A stretch of DNA of 64,000 nt from Octopus sinensis (taxonomy: Eukaryota), in contig NC_043012.1 of assembly GCF_006345805.1 (NCBI RefSeq), positions 17,112,001 to 17,176,000 on the forward strand. The letters are read 5' to 3'. Shown in pieces: positions 36,381-49,378 of this stretch. The notes under the pieces are model-generated. The model worked only from the letters and a program-made list of their open reading frames with translations, did no database searches and was not told the DNA's origin. Within the stretch, counting starts at the first letter, position 1. The number at the start of each line of letters is the position of its first letter. The translations under genes were made by a program, and so were the position numbers.

Positions 36381-36699
36381 AGGGCGCGTGGCCTTGTGGT
36401 TAGGGCATTCGGATCACGATCGTAAGGTCGTGAGTTCAATTCCCGGCGACACGTTGTGTCCTTGAGCAAGACACTTTACTTCATGTTTCTCCAGTCCACT
36501 CAGCTGGCAAAGATGAGTAGTACCTGTATTTCAAAGGGCCAGCCTTGTCACACTCTGTCATGTTGAATCTACCTGAGAACTACGTTAAGGGTACACGTGT
36601 CTGTGGATTTCGCATCCACTTGCACGTTAATTTCAAGAGTAAGCTGTTCCGTTGATCGTATCAGTTGGGACCCTCGTCGTCGTAACCGACGGAGTGCCC
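36381..36699 (+). mobile_element. tRNA-headed CORE-like SINE sharing its tail with the group C copy at 57714
   Basis: gtgtccttgagcaagacactttac...ctccagtccactcagctggc (CORE-like); tail ...ccctcgtcgtcgtaaccgacggagtgcc. Confidence 0.85.
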
Positions 36700-37714
36700 C
36701 TATTAATTTTTATTCCTGGGTTCTCAGCCTCAGTTACTGAAACCAATCCTGCAGTTCACTAGGGATAAAGCGAATAGTCTATTAGGTGACTCCCACCTCA
36801 TATGGTGTTCTCATGATCTAAAAAGGAGCTGCAGCCAATGGTGGCCTCAAGGAAGGGGTTACTCAGAACAGGAATGACTTCATTTTAAGGGAAGGGAAAC
36901 TTCCTTTTCTTGTCTTATTTTATATTGTGGTTTCAGGTTCAAGGAAATGACCTGAATTCTATAACTTGAAATTTTCTCTTCAAAACTTCACTAGTAACAT
37001 GCAATCGTCCCTTTGCCACCCTGAAAAACTGCATACAATCCAGCAATTACTTTTATTCATTAATACAGAAACTGAACTGATATTGCTGTAACCAATCGAA
37101 TTAATTGGTGACTAAGTTTGAGCCATTTGCTGAATAGCTTCCCATAAATTTTGACAGAAATTGTAACTTCACTAGAACTGTCTTCTATTCACCAGCACTC
37201 ACCATGTTACAGTTTCCAGCGCGTAACCAAATAGGGCCAACAGATACAAGCCTTACTTATTCTCCTTCATCAGCGGCGCAGCTAATAAGGGGGAACGAGG
37301 AGCGATCACTCCTCCCCCCACCGAGCACATATTTCAAAATTGGCACCTTTTCAACAATTCTTTATAACTGTTTAGTTTACTTGTGCAATAAAAGTCGAAC
37401 CTCTCTTTTTTTGTTAATCGTATGACTTTGGAAGAACTTTGTGGAGTCAGTTTATTCGGCTAACCACCCATGTTTTCTCCTGTGATGTATTGGTTTCCGC
37501 TGACAAAACCGTTTGGAGAATTCATGCGTTGACTTCACAGATAATAGAGAAGTGAATACGAGGAAACTTTACTGCTGTTTCTGAGGTGCGGTTATCAATA
37601 TATGCAACATTGCATATTGTGTGTATAAATACATGGAGTAAATTGTTGCCTAGCAAATGTATATGAAAGAATATACATTTAAGGTATATTATTACTTACC
37701 CCATCATCAGAAGG

Positions 37715-37878
37715 AAATGTGTGGTAAGTAGCTTGCTTACCAACCACATTGTTCGGGTTCAGTCCCACTGCGTGGAACCTTGGGCTGTGTCTTCTACTAT
37801 AGTCTCGGCGACCTAAAGCTTTGTGAGTGGATTTGGTAGACGGAAACTGAAAAAAAGAGCCCGTCGTACTATAGTTAT

Positions 37879-37927
<49 letters not shown>

Positions 37928-38160
37928 ATATTGCGTGTATGTTTTGGTTGTGTCTGTGTTCGTCCCCCAACATCGATTGAAAACCGATGCTGGTGTGTTT
38001 ACGTCCCCATAACTTAGCGGTTCGGCAAAAGAGACCGATAGAATAAGTACTAGGCTTGCAAAGAATAAGTTCTGGGGTCGATTTGCTCGACTAAAGACGG
38101 TGCTCCAGCATGGTCGCAGTCAAATGACTGAAAGAAGCAAAAGAGAAAAAAGAAAAAAGA
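37715..38160 (+). mobile_element. SINE group B full length
   Basis: Head, internal (TA)n and tail ending gcagtcaaatgactgaaa. Confidence 0.9.
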
Positions 38161-38203
38161 GGAGAGTCGAAGTTTCTCAATTTATATAAATGCAAAACCC
38201 GAT

Positions 38204-38275
<72 letters not shown>

Positions 38276-38378
38276 TGAGAACGGAAAATGTATAGACGAC
38301 TGAGACTGGCAACTAGCTAAAATAGCAATATAACGGTCAGTCTCTCAAAAGACATACCATACATACATACATACATCA

Positions 38379-38425
<47 letters not shown>

Positions 38426-38443
38426 TAACTTGTGGTATATGTA

Positions 38444-38490
<47 letters not shown>

Positions 38491-38799
38491 ATGTGTGTAT
38501 GTAATATATATTATATATTACATATGTATACGCACATATATTATAGATTGCTAGATAGACGTGTGTCCATGTGTGTGATTGTACAAATTGATTCACTCAC
38601 ACACGCATGTTTAACACATAAGCGCAAACAGACATATAGCTACAACACAACACAAGTAGTATTTAGTCTATGTACGCATTTAGTTCTTTTGTACTTTGAT
38701 CATAGTGTTCTCGCGGTGGTAAACCCACTCGCAAACCCACCGCTATAAAACGTTGTATGTCTCTTGAGTACATTCAGTAGTTCATGAAAGATAGTTTGG

Positions 38800-39790
38800 A
38801 CATGAAAAAAAGCAAACAAACGTCTCTTTGTCACCGAACAAGATCTACTTAAAACGGCTCATCAGTAATCTGAGAGCAGTCATTAAAAGAATGAGGTGGA
38901 AAGCATACTTTTACGAGAACAACCTCGTAACCCCGATAAATGACACATTCGCAATAAAAACCCGAAACGGTTTACTACGATCAAATGACTGAAAAGTGAT
39001 AAATACAATAATGCCTTCCAGTATGAATTAAAACCTGACATAACGACCAGTAAAACTCCAACAGAATCTACACATTATTTCAGAAAAGACAAATACCTGT
39101 AAAATTTAGACAAGGATACATACGTTAACCCCTTAATAAAGAATACCATACAAAAATTCAGCAAAAATATCTATGTGAACATTAAACACCAAGAAGAAAC
39201 AATAGCTAAAACACGTAAAGTAGATATGAAAGTGGGAAAGTGAAAAGTTTTGACAAACGAGAATCATATACAATACTCTAAGATCCCTTAGAGAATGTGA
39301 ATGCAAACTCTAAATGCACGCTGATAAATCCTGCTAAGAGTGAGATGTCGGAAGTTAATAAATACACACTTAATTCCATTAATGATAAATTGGAAATGCT
39401 ACACGATTAAGAAGATTTACTAACACCAATGTAATTCTTACCTGGCTTAGCAACATTAGCGATGAAAAAAAAAATGCAAATTCACACAGTCCAATGTTAT
39501 CGAATTCTATTAATCAATTTTGAGGCCGCTAGTATACAAAACCTTGGAAGTTTAAATGACACCTTCAGTTATCAATAACATGGAAGTCGATAAAATTACA
39601 TGGATGTTGATATAATAACATGGATGTTGATATAAAAATAGGGATGGTGATATAATCCTGTACGCCAGTTTGATATAATCATGCATGGGCTACTCTGATG
39701 GAGCAGAATATTGCGAATTATTTGGATAATTTAAGCAGAGAACCAAATGTAACACCTTAGAATTAGGCTAACACCTATCTCTTCCTATTT
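38800..39790 (+). pseudogene. Degraded PLE RT (Naiad-like)
   Basis: YLKRLISNLRAVIKRMRWKAYFYE; CTLINPAKSEMSEVNK; MGYSDGAEYCEL; many stops and frameshifts. Confidence 0.6.
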
Positions 39791-39863
39791 TTAACAACAT
39801 ACACCACTATTGTCATAATGATTATGTATATGTATATATGTGTGTGTGTGTGTGTGGTGTGTG

Positions 39864-39898
<35 letters not shown>

Positions 39899-39899
39899 T

Positions 39900-40147
39900 T
39901 TACACTTTTACTCTTTTACTTGTTTCAGTCATTTGACTGCGGCCATGCTGGAGCACCGCCTTTAGTCAAGCAAATCGATCCCAGGACTTATACTTTGGAA
40001 GCCTAGTACTTATTCTATCGGTCTCTTTTGCCGAACCGCTAAGTTACGGTGACGTAAACACACCAGCATTGGTTGTCAAGCGATGTTGGGGAGGACAAAT
40101 ACAGACACACAAACACACACACACACACATATACACACACATACATT

Positions 40148-40189
<42 letters not shown>

Positions 40190-40350
40190 TACGATAGGCT
40201 TCTTTCAGTTTCCGTCTACCAAATCCACTCACAAGGCTTTGGTTGGCCCGAGGCTACAGTAGAAGACACTTGCCCAAGGTGCCACACAGGGGACTGAACC
40301 CGGAACTATGTGGGGGTAAGTAAGCTACTTACCACACAGCCACCCCTGCA
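39900..40350 (-). mobile_element. SINE group B full length
   Basis: Reverse complement of the 48567 copy, with internal (CA)/(TA) tract. Confidence 0.9.
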
Positions 40351-40362
40351 TATATATATATA

Positions 40363-40405
<43 letters not shown>

Positions 40406-40421
40406 TATATATATAATATAT

Positions 40422-40454
<33 letters not shown>

Positions 40455-41029
40455 AGTAATAAGAGAGGGACCACATGTGGTCACTCTAACGCTAGAGAAT
40501 AGATCCGCAAAGGAAATCCACCACTAAAGAATTGGTCTCAAGCATTAATTCAACACGCCAAGAATATAAGCGGGCAGGACAAATGAAAAATAACGAAAAA
40601 AGGATTAGCTCTATACAATTGTTTCATCGTTAATAGATTGTGTAATTTTACTTACAAATCATTTTCGAATCATCGGTAGAGTATATCAAAAATATAATTT
40701 GCTGACCCGAACGCCAAAATCCATACGAAGCCGAGCAAAGGCGAACGGCACAGCCAATTATACTTGCAGTTACGTTCAAATATCCTCATTCCTGGCGCTA
40801 TATATGTCCCATATATAGATAAAACTATTATTTAGTATGGTAGCACAAAATTTGTCTGAATGAAACAACATAAATAACAATATTCGCTATGCAGAAATGG
40901 GCCATCTTCACGGAGTATATTGAAAGGAATATCTACAACTCCGATCAAATACATACATAATACATACATACATACATACATACATACATACATACATACA
41001 TACAAAACATACATACATACACACACACA

Positions 41030-41085
<56 letters not shown>

Positions 41086-41239
41086 ATTTAATGTACACAG
41101 TACAAAGATACAAGCTAGTAGATTCTTGCTGCGAAGACACGTGTCAAGGCAGAATTTTATAGCACAAAATGTGAAAAAAACGAGAAGAAAGTTAATGCAA
41201 AATGTGGAAAGGAGAATAAAAGACGGGAGCTAACCTAAC

Positions 41240-41575
41240 TGAAAAGAAACATTACATCAGTTACAGCAAAGGTGGTTTCAAAAGACGCAATGCAAACCAC
41301 CAGCCTTCTTTCCGGCTCATCGACAAAAGTAAAGCCACTATAGTGGCTAGCTACATGTATTGGATTTGATGACTACATATAATCAAGGGTTGGGGGAATC
41401 GTAGGGAATTCCTTGCCATATGTTAATGGAGCTAAGAAATGCAACTTATGCATAGCTGAAAGATCGTACGTTGCCTTTCGATCTAAGAATTCCACCACAT
41501 CACATAATTTCTGATCCAGAAATTACGACAAAAGGAAGAACATGGACGAATTCCTTTTGGCGAACTGGAGGACAC
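41240..41575 (+). pseudogene. Degraded PLE GIY-YIG endonuclease region, probably continuing 38800-39790
   Basis: ..GGFKRRNANHQPSFRL.. ..PYVNGAKKCNLCIAE.. ..RKNMDEFLLAN. Confidence 0.5.
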
Positions 41576-41679
41576 AACCACTTCCAGATTGAGCAGCAAC
41601 TTGCAAATTTTAGACCCGTCTCCGTTGAATTATCCTAGAAAAACTAGTTTATTTATTATTTCTCATTTTTTAATTTTTT

Positions 41680-41908
41680 ATTTATTGCCCGCAAAGGGCT
41701 AAACACAGAGGGGACAGACAAGGACAGACAAACGGATTAAGTCGATTACATCGATCCCAGTGCGTAACTGGTCTTTAATTTATCAACCCCGAAAGGATGA
41801 AAGGCAAAGTCGACCTCGGCGGAATTTGAACTCAGAACGTAACGGCAGACGAAATGCCGCTAAGCATTTCGCCCGGCGTGCTAACGATTCTGCCGGCTCA
41901 CCACCGTT
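41680..41908 (-). mobile_element. SINE group A monomer
   Basis: Reverse complement of the group A pattern. Confidence 0.9.
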
Positions 41909-42265
41909 ACGTTAGTTGATTTATGCTTTCTACGGTCAAAAGGGACGTAAATCTAGTTTTATTCCTTTTTATTTTCTTTTTCCGTTTTTATTTTTCCTTC
42001 CACATTTTGCATCGATCTTCTCGGAATTCTTTTTTCACGATTTCTCACCTACCAGTGTCCTGATTTTCAACTAGAACAGACCATGTGGTCAGCGCTTAAA
42101 GACTGCTTGGAGATAAAAGGCGTGCTATAAAAATATGCCTATGCACGTGCCTTCACAACAAGAAACTATTAGCAGCCCGTATCCTAGTATAGTTCAAATT
42201 AAACGATATTCATCTCTCACTGGATGGAGTGTATTTTTTGTTGATGTGACCTTAACGGAAGAGTA

Positions 42266-42338
<73 letters not shown>

Positions 42339-42417
42339 CTATCTATCTACTATCTATCTATCTATCTATATATATATCTATATATAATAGTGTGTAATGT
42401 ATGTATATATATATAAG

Positions 42418-42468
<51 letters not shown>

Positions 42469-42469
42469 G

Positions 42470-43020
42470 TATTGGGTTGTCCGGTAAGTTCGTGCTGATT
42501 TATAATAGCTTAGCTTACATTTCGACTTATTTTAGAACATGGTTGAGTCCATAAAATAGGATTTGACTACACCTCCATTTAGAGCACAGTTTAAGCTATC
42601 TTTTCGTGGAAGAAGATTTATATTCCTATAACTTGTGTTAATTTTGTAACCCTTTAAAATAGAAGATAAGAAAGTTCATTTTCGGCACTTGATGCTTTGG
42701 GAACAAGACAAAAATTGCTGCAGCTCGGCTGGGATATGTTACCCACGCCCCATATTCACCAGATATTGCTCCTTAGGATTTTCACTTTTTCAGGTCTCTG
42801 CAGAATAGTCTTAATGGTAAAAATTTCAATTCCTTGGATGACGTAAAAAGATACCTTGATGAATTCTATGCCATGAAACCACCTCAAGTTAAAGGAAAGA
42901 TGGAGACACATTGTGCAACAAAATGGTTCATATTTGGTTGATTAAAAATGTAATGGCAAGTATTTATTGAACTTTTTCTTTCCTTTAAAAATCGGCACGA
43001 ACTTTCCAGACAACCCAATA
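42470..43020 (+). mobile_element. Internally deleted mariner with both TIRs and TA flanks
   Basis: tattgggttgtccggtaagttcgtgctgattt / aaatcggcacgaactttccagacaacccaata; start of transposase joined directly to ..LLQLGWDML..PYSPDIAP.. Confidence 0.9.
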
Positions 43021-43078
43021 TATATATTTATATATTTATATACACACACACATACACACACATGCGCGCGCACACACA

Positions 43079-43130
<52 letters not shown>

Positions 43131-43364
43131 TATGCTTGCAAGTTGAATAGGAGTGACTTTTCTGATAGTTTTTCCTCTTTAGTAATTAGATGTTTATAAA
43201 TCATCAGGTATTTGTAAACACCTAATGGTTTATAATCATCTAATTATTAAAGTGGTAAAAATGGAAAAATTATCAGAAACGCTAGTCGTATTTATTTTCT
43301 CAAATATATAATACTGTATGTATCAAAGAATGTCTACATCTAATTCCTAATTCTATTCTCTCTC

Positions 43365-43535
43365 TCTCCCCCCTCTCTCTCTCCCTCTTTCTCTCCCTCT
43401 TTCTCTCTCTCCCCCTTTCTCTCCCTCTTTCTCTCTCTCCCCCTCTCTCTCTCCCCCTCTCTCTCTCTTTCTCTCTCTCCCTCCCTCCACTCTCCCCTCT
43501 CCTCTCCCCCTCTCTCTGTTTCTCTCTCTCTTTCT
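43365..43535. repeat. Polypyrimidine (CT/CCCT) tract
   Basis: Direct inspection. Confidence 0.9.
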
Positions 43536-43554
43536 TATATATACACATACATAT

Positions 43555-43788
43555 ATATTTCTTTATTACCCACAAGGGGCTAAATACAGAGAGGACAAAC
43601 AAGGACAGACAAACGGATCAAGTCGATTACATCGATACCAGTGCGTAACTGGTACTTAATTTATCGACCCCGAAAGGATGAAAGGCAAAGTCGACCTCGG
43701 CAGAATTTGAACTTAGAACGCAGCGGCGGACGAAGTACCACAATGCATTTCGCCCGGCGTGCTAACGTTTCTGCCAGCTCGCCGCCTT
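43555..43788 (-). mobile_element. SINE group A monomer
   Basis: Reverse complement of the group A pattern. Confidence 0.9.
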
Positions 43789-43791
43789 ACA

Positions 43792-44130
43792 CATATAGCT
43801 ACAACACAACATAAGTAGTATTTAGTCTATTTTGATCATAGTGTTCTCGTGATGGTAAACCCATTTTCCGAATCCTCTGCACTGTCCTCGGATTGACATC
43901 CAAACACTCTGAAATGTTCGTACTAGAGTTTTCAGCACGAATGCCAAGGAGTAGAGCAAGTCGTTTCCAAATTTCTGGCAGGCTGAATTGCATTATGGAG
44001 CTGTTTTTCTCAGAGACGGTGCCCAATGGACCCTACAATTCTGTGTAGTCGACAAAATCGAAATCAAATAATTCGCATGCACGAAATTAGAATATAAAAT
44101 AACGACAATTTACCAATCGCATCCTGTATA
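43792..44130 (-). mobile_element. Tc1/mariner-superfamily N-terminal remnant
   Basis: MQFSLPEIWKRLALLLGIRAENSSTNISECLDVNPRTVQRIRK (HTH-like); end cgcatcctgta; left part shared with 38637-38750. Confidence 0.45.
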
Positions 44131-44239
44131 TACATATATAAGAGTTAAAGCCACCAGAGCTGCGTTCAGCACATTCAGTCACAATTAATGACAACTAAAT
44201 TTTCTTTTATCGTTTTATATTGCACCCAGCTGCTTATAT

Positions 44240-44273
<34 letters not shown>

Positions 44274-44323
44274 CATACATACATACTTACATATATACAT
44301 ACATACTTACATATATACATACA

Positions 44324-44355
<32 letters not shown>

Positions 44356-44393
44356 CACACATACATACATACATACATACATACATACATACA

Positions 44394-44429
<36 letters not shown>

Positions 44430-45966
44430 TATATACATACAAATATGTATGTAGGTAGCAATTTATCTATCTATCAATCACTCAATCTGTCTATTGCACT
44501 CACGGCCGCTAGATCGTGGTTTCGAATCTAGGACCAAGCACCGCATTTTATTCTTGAGCAAAAGCCACTTCACGTTGCTCCGGTGCACTCAGTTGTAAAC
44601 CCTTCGCTGGACTTGCTTTCCGATCAGGGGCAATGCTGACCTTCTCGTCCCGCCAGCGGGGAAGCATCTTTGCATTCAATATACAAACACAGCGCCGGTT
44701 GAGGAAGCCGGCGCTGTGTTTGTAAACATGTATTCTTCAAAACAAAATTTGTAAAGTTTACAAATTTGAGCCCAAAAGGGCCAGAAATAAAAGAAAGCCA
44801 AGCAGCCCTATTTGTCCTGGTTGGCTTAATCAACTGTTATATAAGAAAATTTCATTAATTAACAATCTTTGTCTATGTAAACAGACGAACAAACTTACGA
44901 GCGACTCGAAGCGATGCATTACAGACGCTACAACAGCTACAATGATAATAGCTTCAAATTTTGGCACAAAGCAGTTTTAGGGGAAGGGCATTCGTCAATT
45001 GCTTCGATCTCAGCACCTGACTGCTATATTATTTAATCAACCCTGAAAAGATGAAAGGCAAAGTTGACCTGTGCGGTATTTGAACTTGGAACGAAAACGC
45101 TACAAAGGATTTTGTCCGATACTCTAACGATTCTGCTATAAACGCAAAACTTCATGATTGACAGGGGGAAGGGTGCTTGTAGTTTTTTTTTTCACTGATA
45201 AGTTACTAAGATCTTGAAAGCTTATTTTAAACATGGAGACATAAAAATCTTGTTTTGTTCAATAGCACCAAAATTCGGCATCGATACTTATTAATAAAAT
45301 TGTCTTACTACAACGCCAAGACACAAAAAGCTATATATATATATATTAAAATTGTCTGCTATGACACCTTTCCAAAACGTGAATATCACACAATTAAATT
45401 ACTATCTAAACCAATGACACAGAAGCCGTGTGAGGCTGTGTGCACTTGAAAGTATTTGATGGACGAATAACTGAACGAAAGATTGAATAGCTTGCTTTAA
45501 TTTTGTTGGCAACTGTCTTTATCATATTTGACAATCGGTTTGGAATGTATAAGTACCAGTTATTTTGAGACGTATTATCTAGCTCACAAAAATTGACATA
45601 TCCTCAGTACTAATAAGAATAATTACATTTTGTATTTCATTTTGGATTCCTAGTCATTCTTTGGCTGGTATAGAAAACGTTGTAAAAGAATTGATTTACC
45701 ATTTTTTTTTTGTTTTGTTTTGGAGTGTGTCCAATCTTTGATACAGATGTTTCTTAAGTTTGGAGACAGGATGTTATATGAAATTGCACTCATGTGAAGA
45801 ATTTGTTTCTTCCAATTCTTTCGTTTCAGCTGCTTATATGGTTATCAAACAATATTTTGACACTTGTTTTGAATATTAACTAGGAGGCTTTTACATCTCT
45901 TTATATCTAATATGATATTACAGAATACAGAGACATAAGTTTAACAAATATCAGTCGCCCAGTTAC

Positions 45967-46050
45967 CTTTTTTACAGTGAAACGCGTGCACACATTTGGA
46001 ATAGATTTTATGTCGTAACATTATCAGATGTCTGTCACATTTTCCAGAGG
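45967..46050 (-). CDS. Candidate 84-nt exon (phase 1 to phase 1)
   Basis: attttgtgtcatttAG acceptor, aaag|GTAACT donor; xSGKCDRHLIMLRHKIYSKCVHAFHCKK; the other two frames stop early. Confidence 0.3.
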
Positions 46051-46548
46051 CTAAATGACACAAAATCTTCTAGTTGCCTTCGTGCAGTCCTTTTATATTA
46101 ATGAAAAGCTTGTGTACCAGTGATGTAAAAAATGACGGTAATTTTAATCTGGTTCTTTATAATTGTATAGATCAGCATTTTAACACAGATGTTTTTCTCT
46201 ATTTTTCAGCAACCACGATATTAAAACGTTTACAATATTACGAATAGATTGAAAGAAACGTTTTTAATTTAATATTTTATTTTTCATAATATAAAAATAT
46301 AATATCACGAAGAAAGAAAATATCTTACGTAAAAAGTTCAGAAATTGCTGGAAGATTTATTTCATTTTAAAATTAACAGAAACATACTATTGATTATGTA
46401 AAAGTCGAAAAACAGCGAAATCAGCGATTTTATGAAAGCCGTAGAGATACATACACACATGCACACACATACATATATCCACACACACACACACACGCAG
46501 ATATAAACATTCTGATATATATATATATGCATGTATATATATATATAT

Positions 46549-46601
<53 letters not shown>

Positions 46602-46665
46602 CATATATATACATATATATACATACATACATACATATATATATATATTATATATATATATATTA

Positions 46666-46701
<36 letters not shown>

Positions 46702-47166
46702 TGTATGTGAGTGTGTGTGTGTGTGTGTTTGTTTAAAACAAAACTGAATGGTTTAAACATTTAAAATTGTTGCTGAATAAAAAAAAAATTGGTTTGTAGA
46801 AAATAATTTAGAAACACATGCTTTTAGCAATAATAAGGAAAGTGAACCCTAAACAAAACAATAATTAAACAACTAAAAAGAAAAAGATCCCTACTATTTC
46901 GAAAGGAATCATTCCCTGTCAGCAGCGAATGTTCATTTTAAAGCCATTTTTTCACCTTCACATCAAAATTAACTTTATTTTCGGAGTGTAAATATTCTAA
47001 ACGCCTAAACATAGACACTTCTAGGCAAATGAAATACTTGTATTCCTTTTAACCTTCTGCACACAAACGTCATCCACACGTAACATTTACATCACATGTA
47101 TGGCCTCCTTGCACAGAGATTGAAAATACCTTTTAATGAGAACGTTTCCAACTTACCTTGATTAAC

Positions 47167-47236
<70 letters not shown>

Positions 47237-47319
47237 ACAAATTCATTTCCCTTTGCAAGGGAGCTCATTCATTCTTCCTCTGTGCTAGGCGGATTTTGAT
47301 ATGCAGTTACGGTCTTGAC

Positions 47320-47580
47320 ATTTGCCAGTCTACATTACTCCATAAGGGGCATAGGACTAGTTTCCCGGTTTTTAGGTTTTCCTGGCGTGTATATATTCCT
47401 CTCTGGACAGGACGTCAGTCTGTCGCAGGATTACCCATGTTTGCCAACTGATTGGACTGGAGCAATGGGAAATGAAGTGTTTTGCTCAAGGACACATCAC
47501 ATCACCTGCTTCAAAAATCGACACCATAATCTTACAATCCTGAGTCCAACACCCTAACCACTAAGCTATGTGCCTGCACT
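47320..47580 (-). mobile_element. tRNA-headed CORE-like SINE
   Basis: ggactggagcaatgggaaatgaagtgttttgctcaaggacac...accctaaccactaagc (reverse of CORE and A box). Confidence 0.7.
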
Positions 47581-47626
47581 ATTCTTCAACATGCTATGTC
47601 TTTATAATTGCTTATAATCTCTCATT

Positions 47627-47921
47627 GGAGGCGCAATGGTCCAGTGGTTAGGGCAGCGGACTCGCGGTCGGAGGATCGCGGTTTCGATTCCCAGACCGGG
47701 CGTTGCGTGTGTTTATTGAGCGAAAACACCTAAAGTTCCACGAGGCTTCGGCAGGGTGGTGGTGGCGACACCTGTTGTACTCTTTCGCCCCAACTTTCTC
47801 TCAATCTTTTTTCTTGTACCCTGTTCAGCTGGGTGGGTGGGGGAACACATACGCCACAGAAACCGGGAAACCGGGCCCATGAGCCTGGCTAAGCTTGAGA
47901 AGGGAGCATAAAAAAAAAAAC
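47627..47921 (+). mobile_element. SINE group C with poly(A) tail and 12-bp TSD
   Basis: aatctctcattg at 47616-47627 and 47922-47933; tail gaaaccgggaaaccggg...A12. Confidence 0.9.
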
Positions 47922-48185
47922 AATCTCTCATTGCGGAATTACGTATAAAGCATTGCCAAAACCCTATCTGAAAGACTATGTGTTGTAGAACGAGAAAATG
48001 TTTTAGCACTGATTAGCTATTACAGACTTTATACCAAACTTAGATAAAACTAAAATTGATATCATTAATGTTCACTTTCAATGTGTGTGAAAATGACATC
48101 TACTACTGAGAGAACGTGGACAGATTTGCTGCTGTAAGAGTAAATGGTTGAGACAAAAGATTTGTATAGGAAATTGAAATATGAA

Positions 48186-48389
48186 TTAGGTAGGATACAG
48201 AAAACTAAGGCGGGATCGAGGGACAGATATGTTGAGTGAGGCCCAGTCTACAAACACCATTGCGAGATCGCGATTTTGATTCTTCAATGAGTCTGCGTAG
48301 GCATGGTGGAGGTCGTAGATAGATGTTTCAACAGAAATAGATGTCTCTTTAGTTGCGTGAGACAAAGGAGAAAAGAAATATTGCTGCAA
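48186..48389 (-). pseudogene. Possible degraded LINE RT fragment
   Basis: NRDLAMVFVDWASLNISVPRSRL resembles the non-LTR RT domain-3 motif (MAFIDLxKAFDSVP). Confidence 0.35.
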
Positions 48390-48566
48390 AAGGACCGGTG
48401 GATTCAGTTTGTTACTAAGTGGTTGTTAGTATTTTAAGCGGATGACCTTTATTTATATAAAATCTAGGATATTCGTGTGCCACAACTGCATCAACCCAGC
48501 AAAGTGGGCGATGTTACAGGTTAAGTTTTATCTAAATTTGGTATAAAGTCTATAATAGCTAATTAT

Positions 48567-48990
48567 ATAGGTGCAGGAGTGGCTGTGTGGTAAGAAGCTT
48601 GCATACCAACCACATGGTTCTGGGTTCAGTCCCACTGCGTGGCATCTTGGGCAAGTGTCTTCTGCTAGAGCCCCGGGCCGACCAATGCCTTGTGAGTGGA
48701 TTTGGTAGACGGAAACTGAAAGAAGCCTGTCGTATATATGTATATTTATATGTATGTATGTGTGTGTATATGTTTGTGTGTCTGTGTTTGTCCCTCTAGC
48801 ATTGCTTGACAACCGATGCTGGTGTGTTTACGTCCCCGTCACTTAGCGGTTCGGCAAAAAAGACCGATAGAATAAGTACTGGGCTTACAAAGAATAAGTC
48901 CCGGGGTCGATTTGCTTGACTAAAGGCGGTGCTCCAGCATGGCCGCAGTCAAATGACTGAAGCAAGTAAAAGAGTAAAGAGTAAAGAGAG
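48567..48990 (+). mobile_element. SINE group B full length (reference copy)
   Basis: tRNA-like head tggctgtgtggtaag...gggttcagtccc, body, internal (TA/TG)n, tail ending gagtaaa repeats. Confidence 0.9.
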
Positions 48991-49024
48991 TGCTAAAACA
49001 TGTTCTCGTTCTTATTTACGTTCT

Positions 49025-49378
49025 TATTAATAATGTGAATAATGAACTTCAGAGAGGTTGTTGCATTGGTCTTGGTGTAGGTTTTTCGAGTTTGTTTATT
49101 ACGAAGATGTGTCTGTGTGGCGTGGAATATTCTTTAACTGATCGACTGAAGAGGAGAGGGTCAGAAATAGATTCCACTTTTCTTTCGAAATCACCTCCCA
49201 TAATGTTTTAATTCCTCCACTTACCTGTATAACTTTATGTTATTACCGGTAATTATAAGCAATTTATTGCATCCACATTCGATATAAACATACCGTAGGT
49301 GATTGTTCACCAATAGATGTTCACCAAGGCTGTTGAAGATTTCGACATCTTTTAAAGTTGTGCTTTTTTGGTATCTTC
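49025..49378 (-). CDS. Candidate exon pair (about 49378-49225 and 49145-49025) split by a 79-nt intron
   Basis: tacag|GTAAGT donor; tttctgaccctctcctcttcAG acceptor; the phase-2 junction joins the two longest open frames. Confidence 0.3.

Noticed and set aside
37660-37715. Minus-strand ctgatga-t-ggggta..tacctt-aaatgta as a hammerhead
   Set aside because: GAAAC is degraded and there is no stem I; at best a dead relic.
47150-47180. AAG|GTAAGT on the minus strand as a recursive splice site
   Set aside because: Weak AAG acceptor preceded only by (GT)n; such hexamers are expected by chance.
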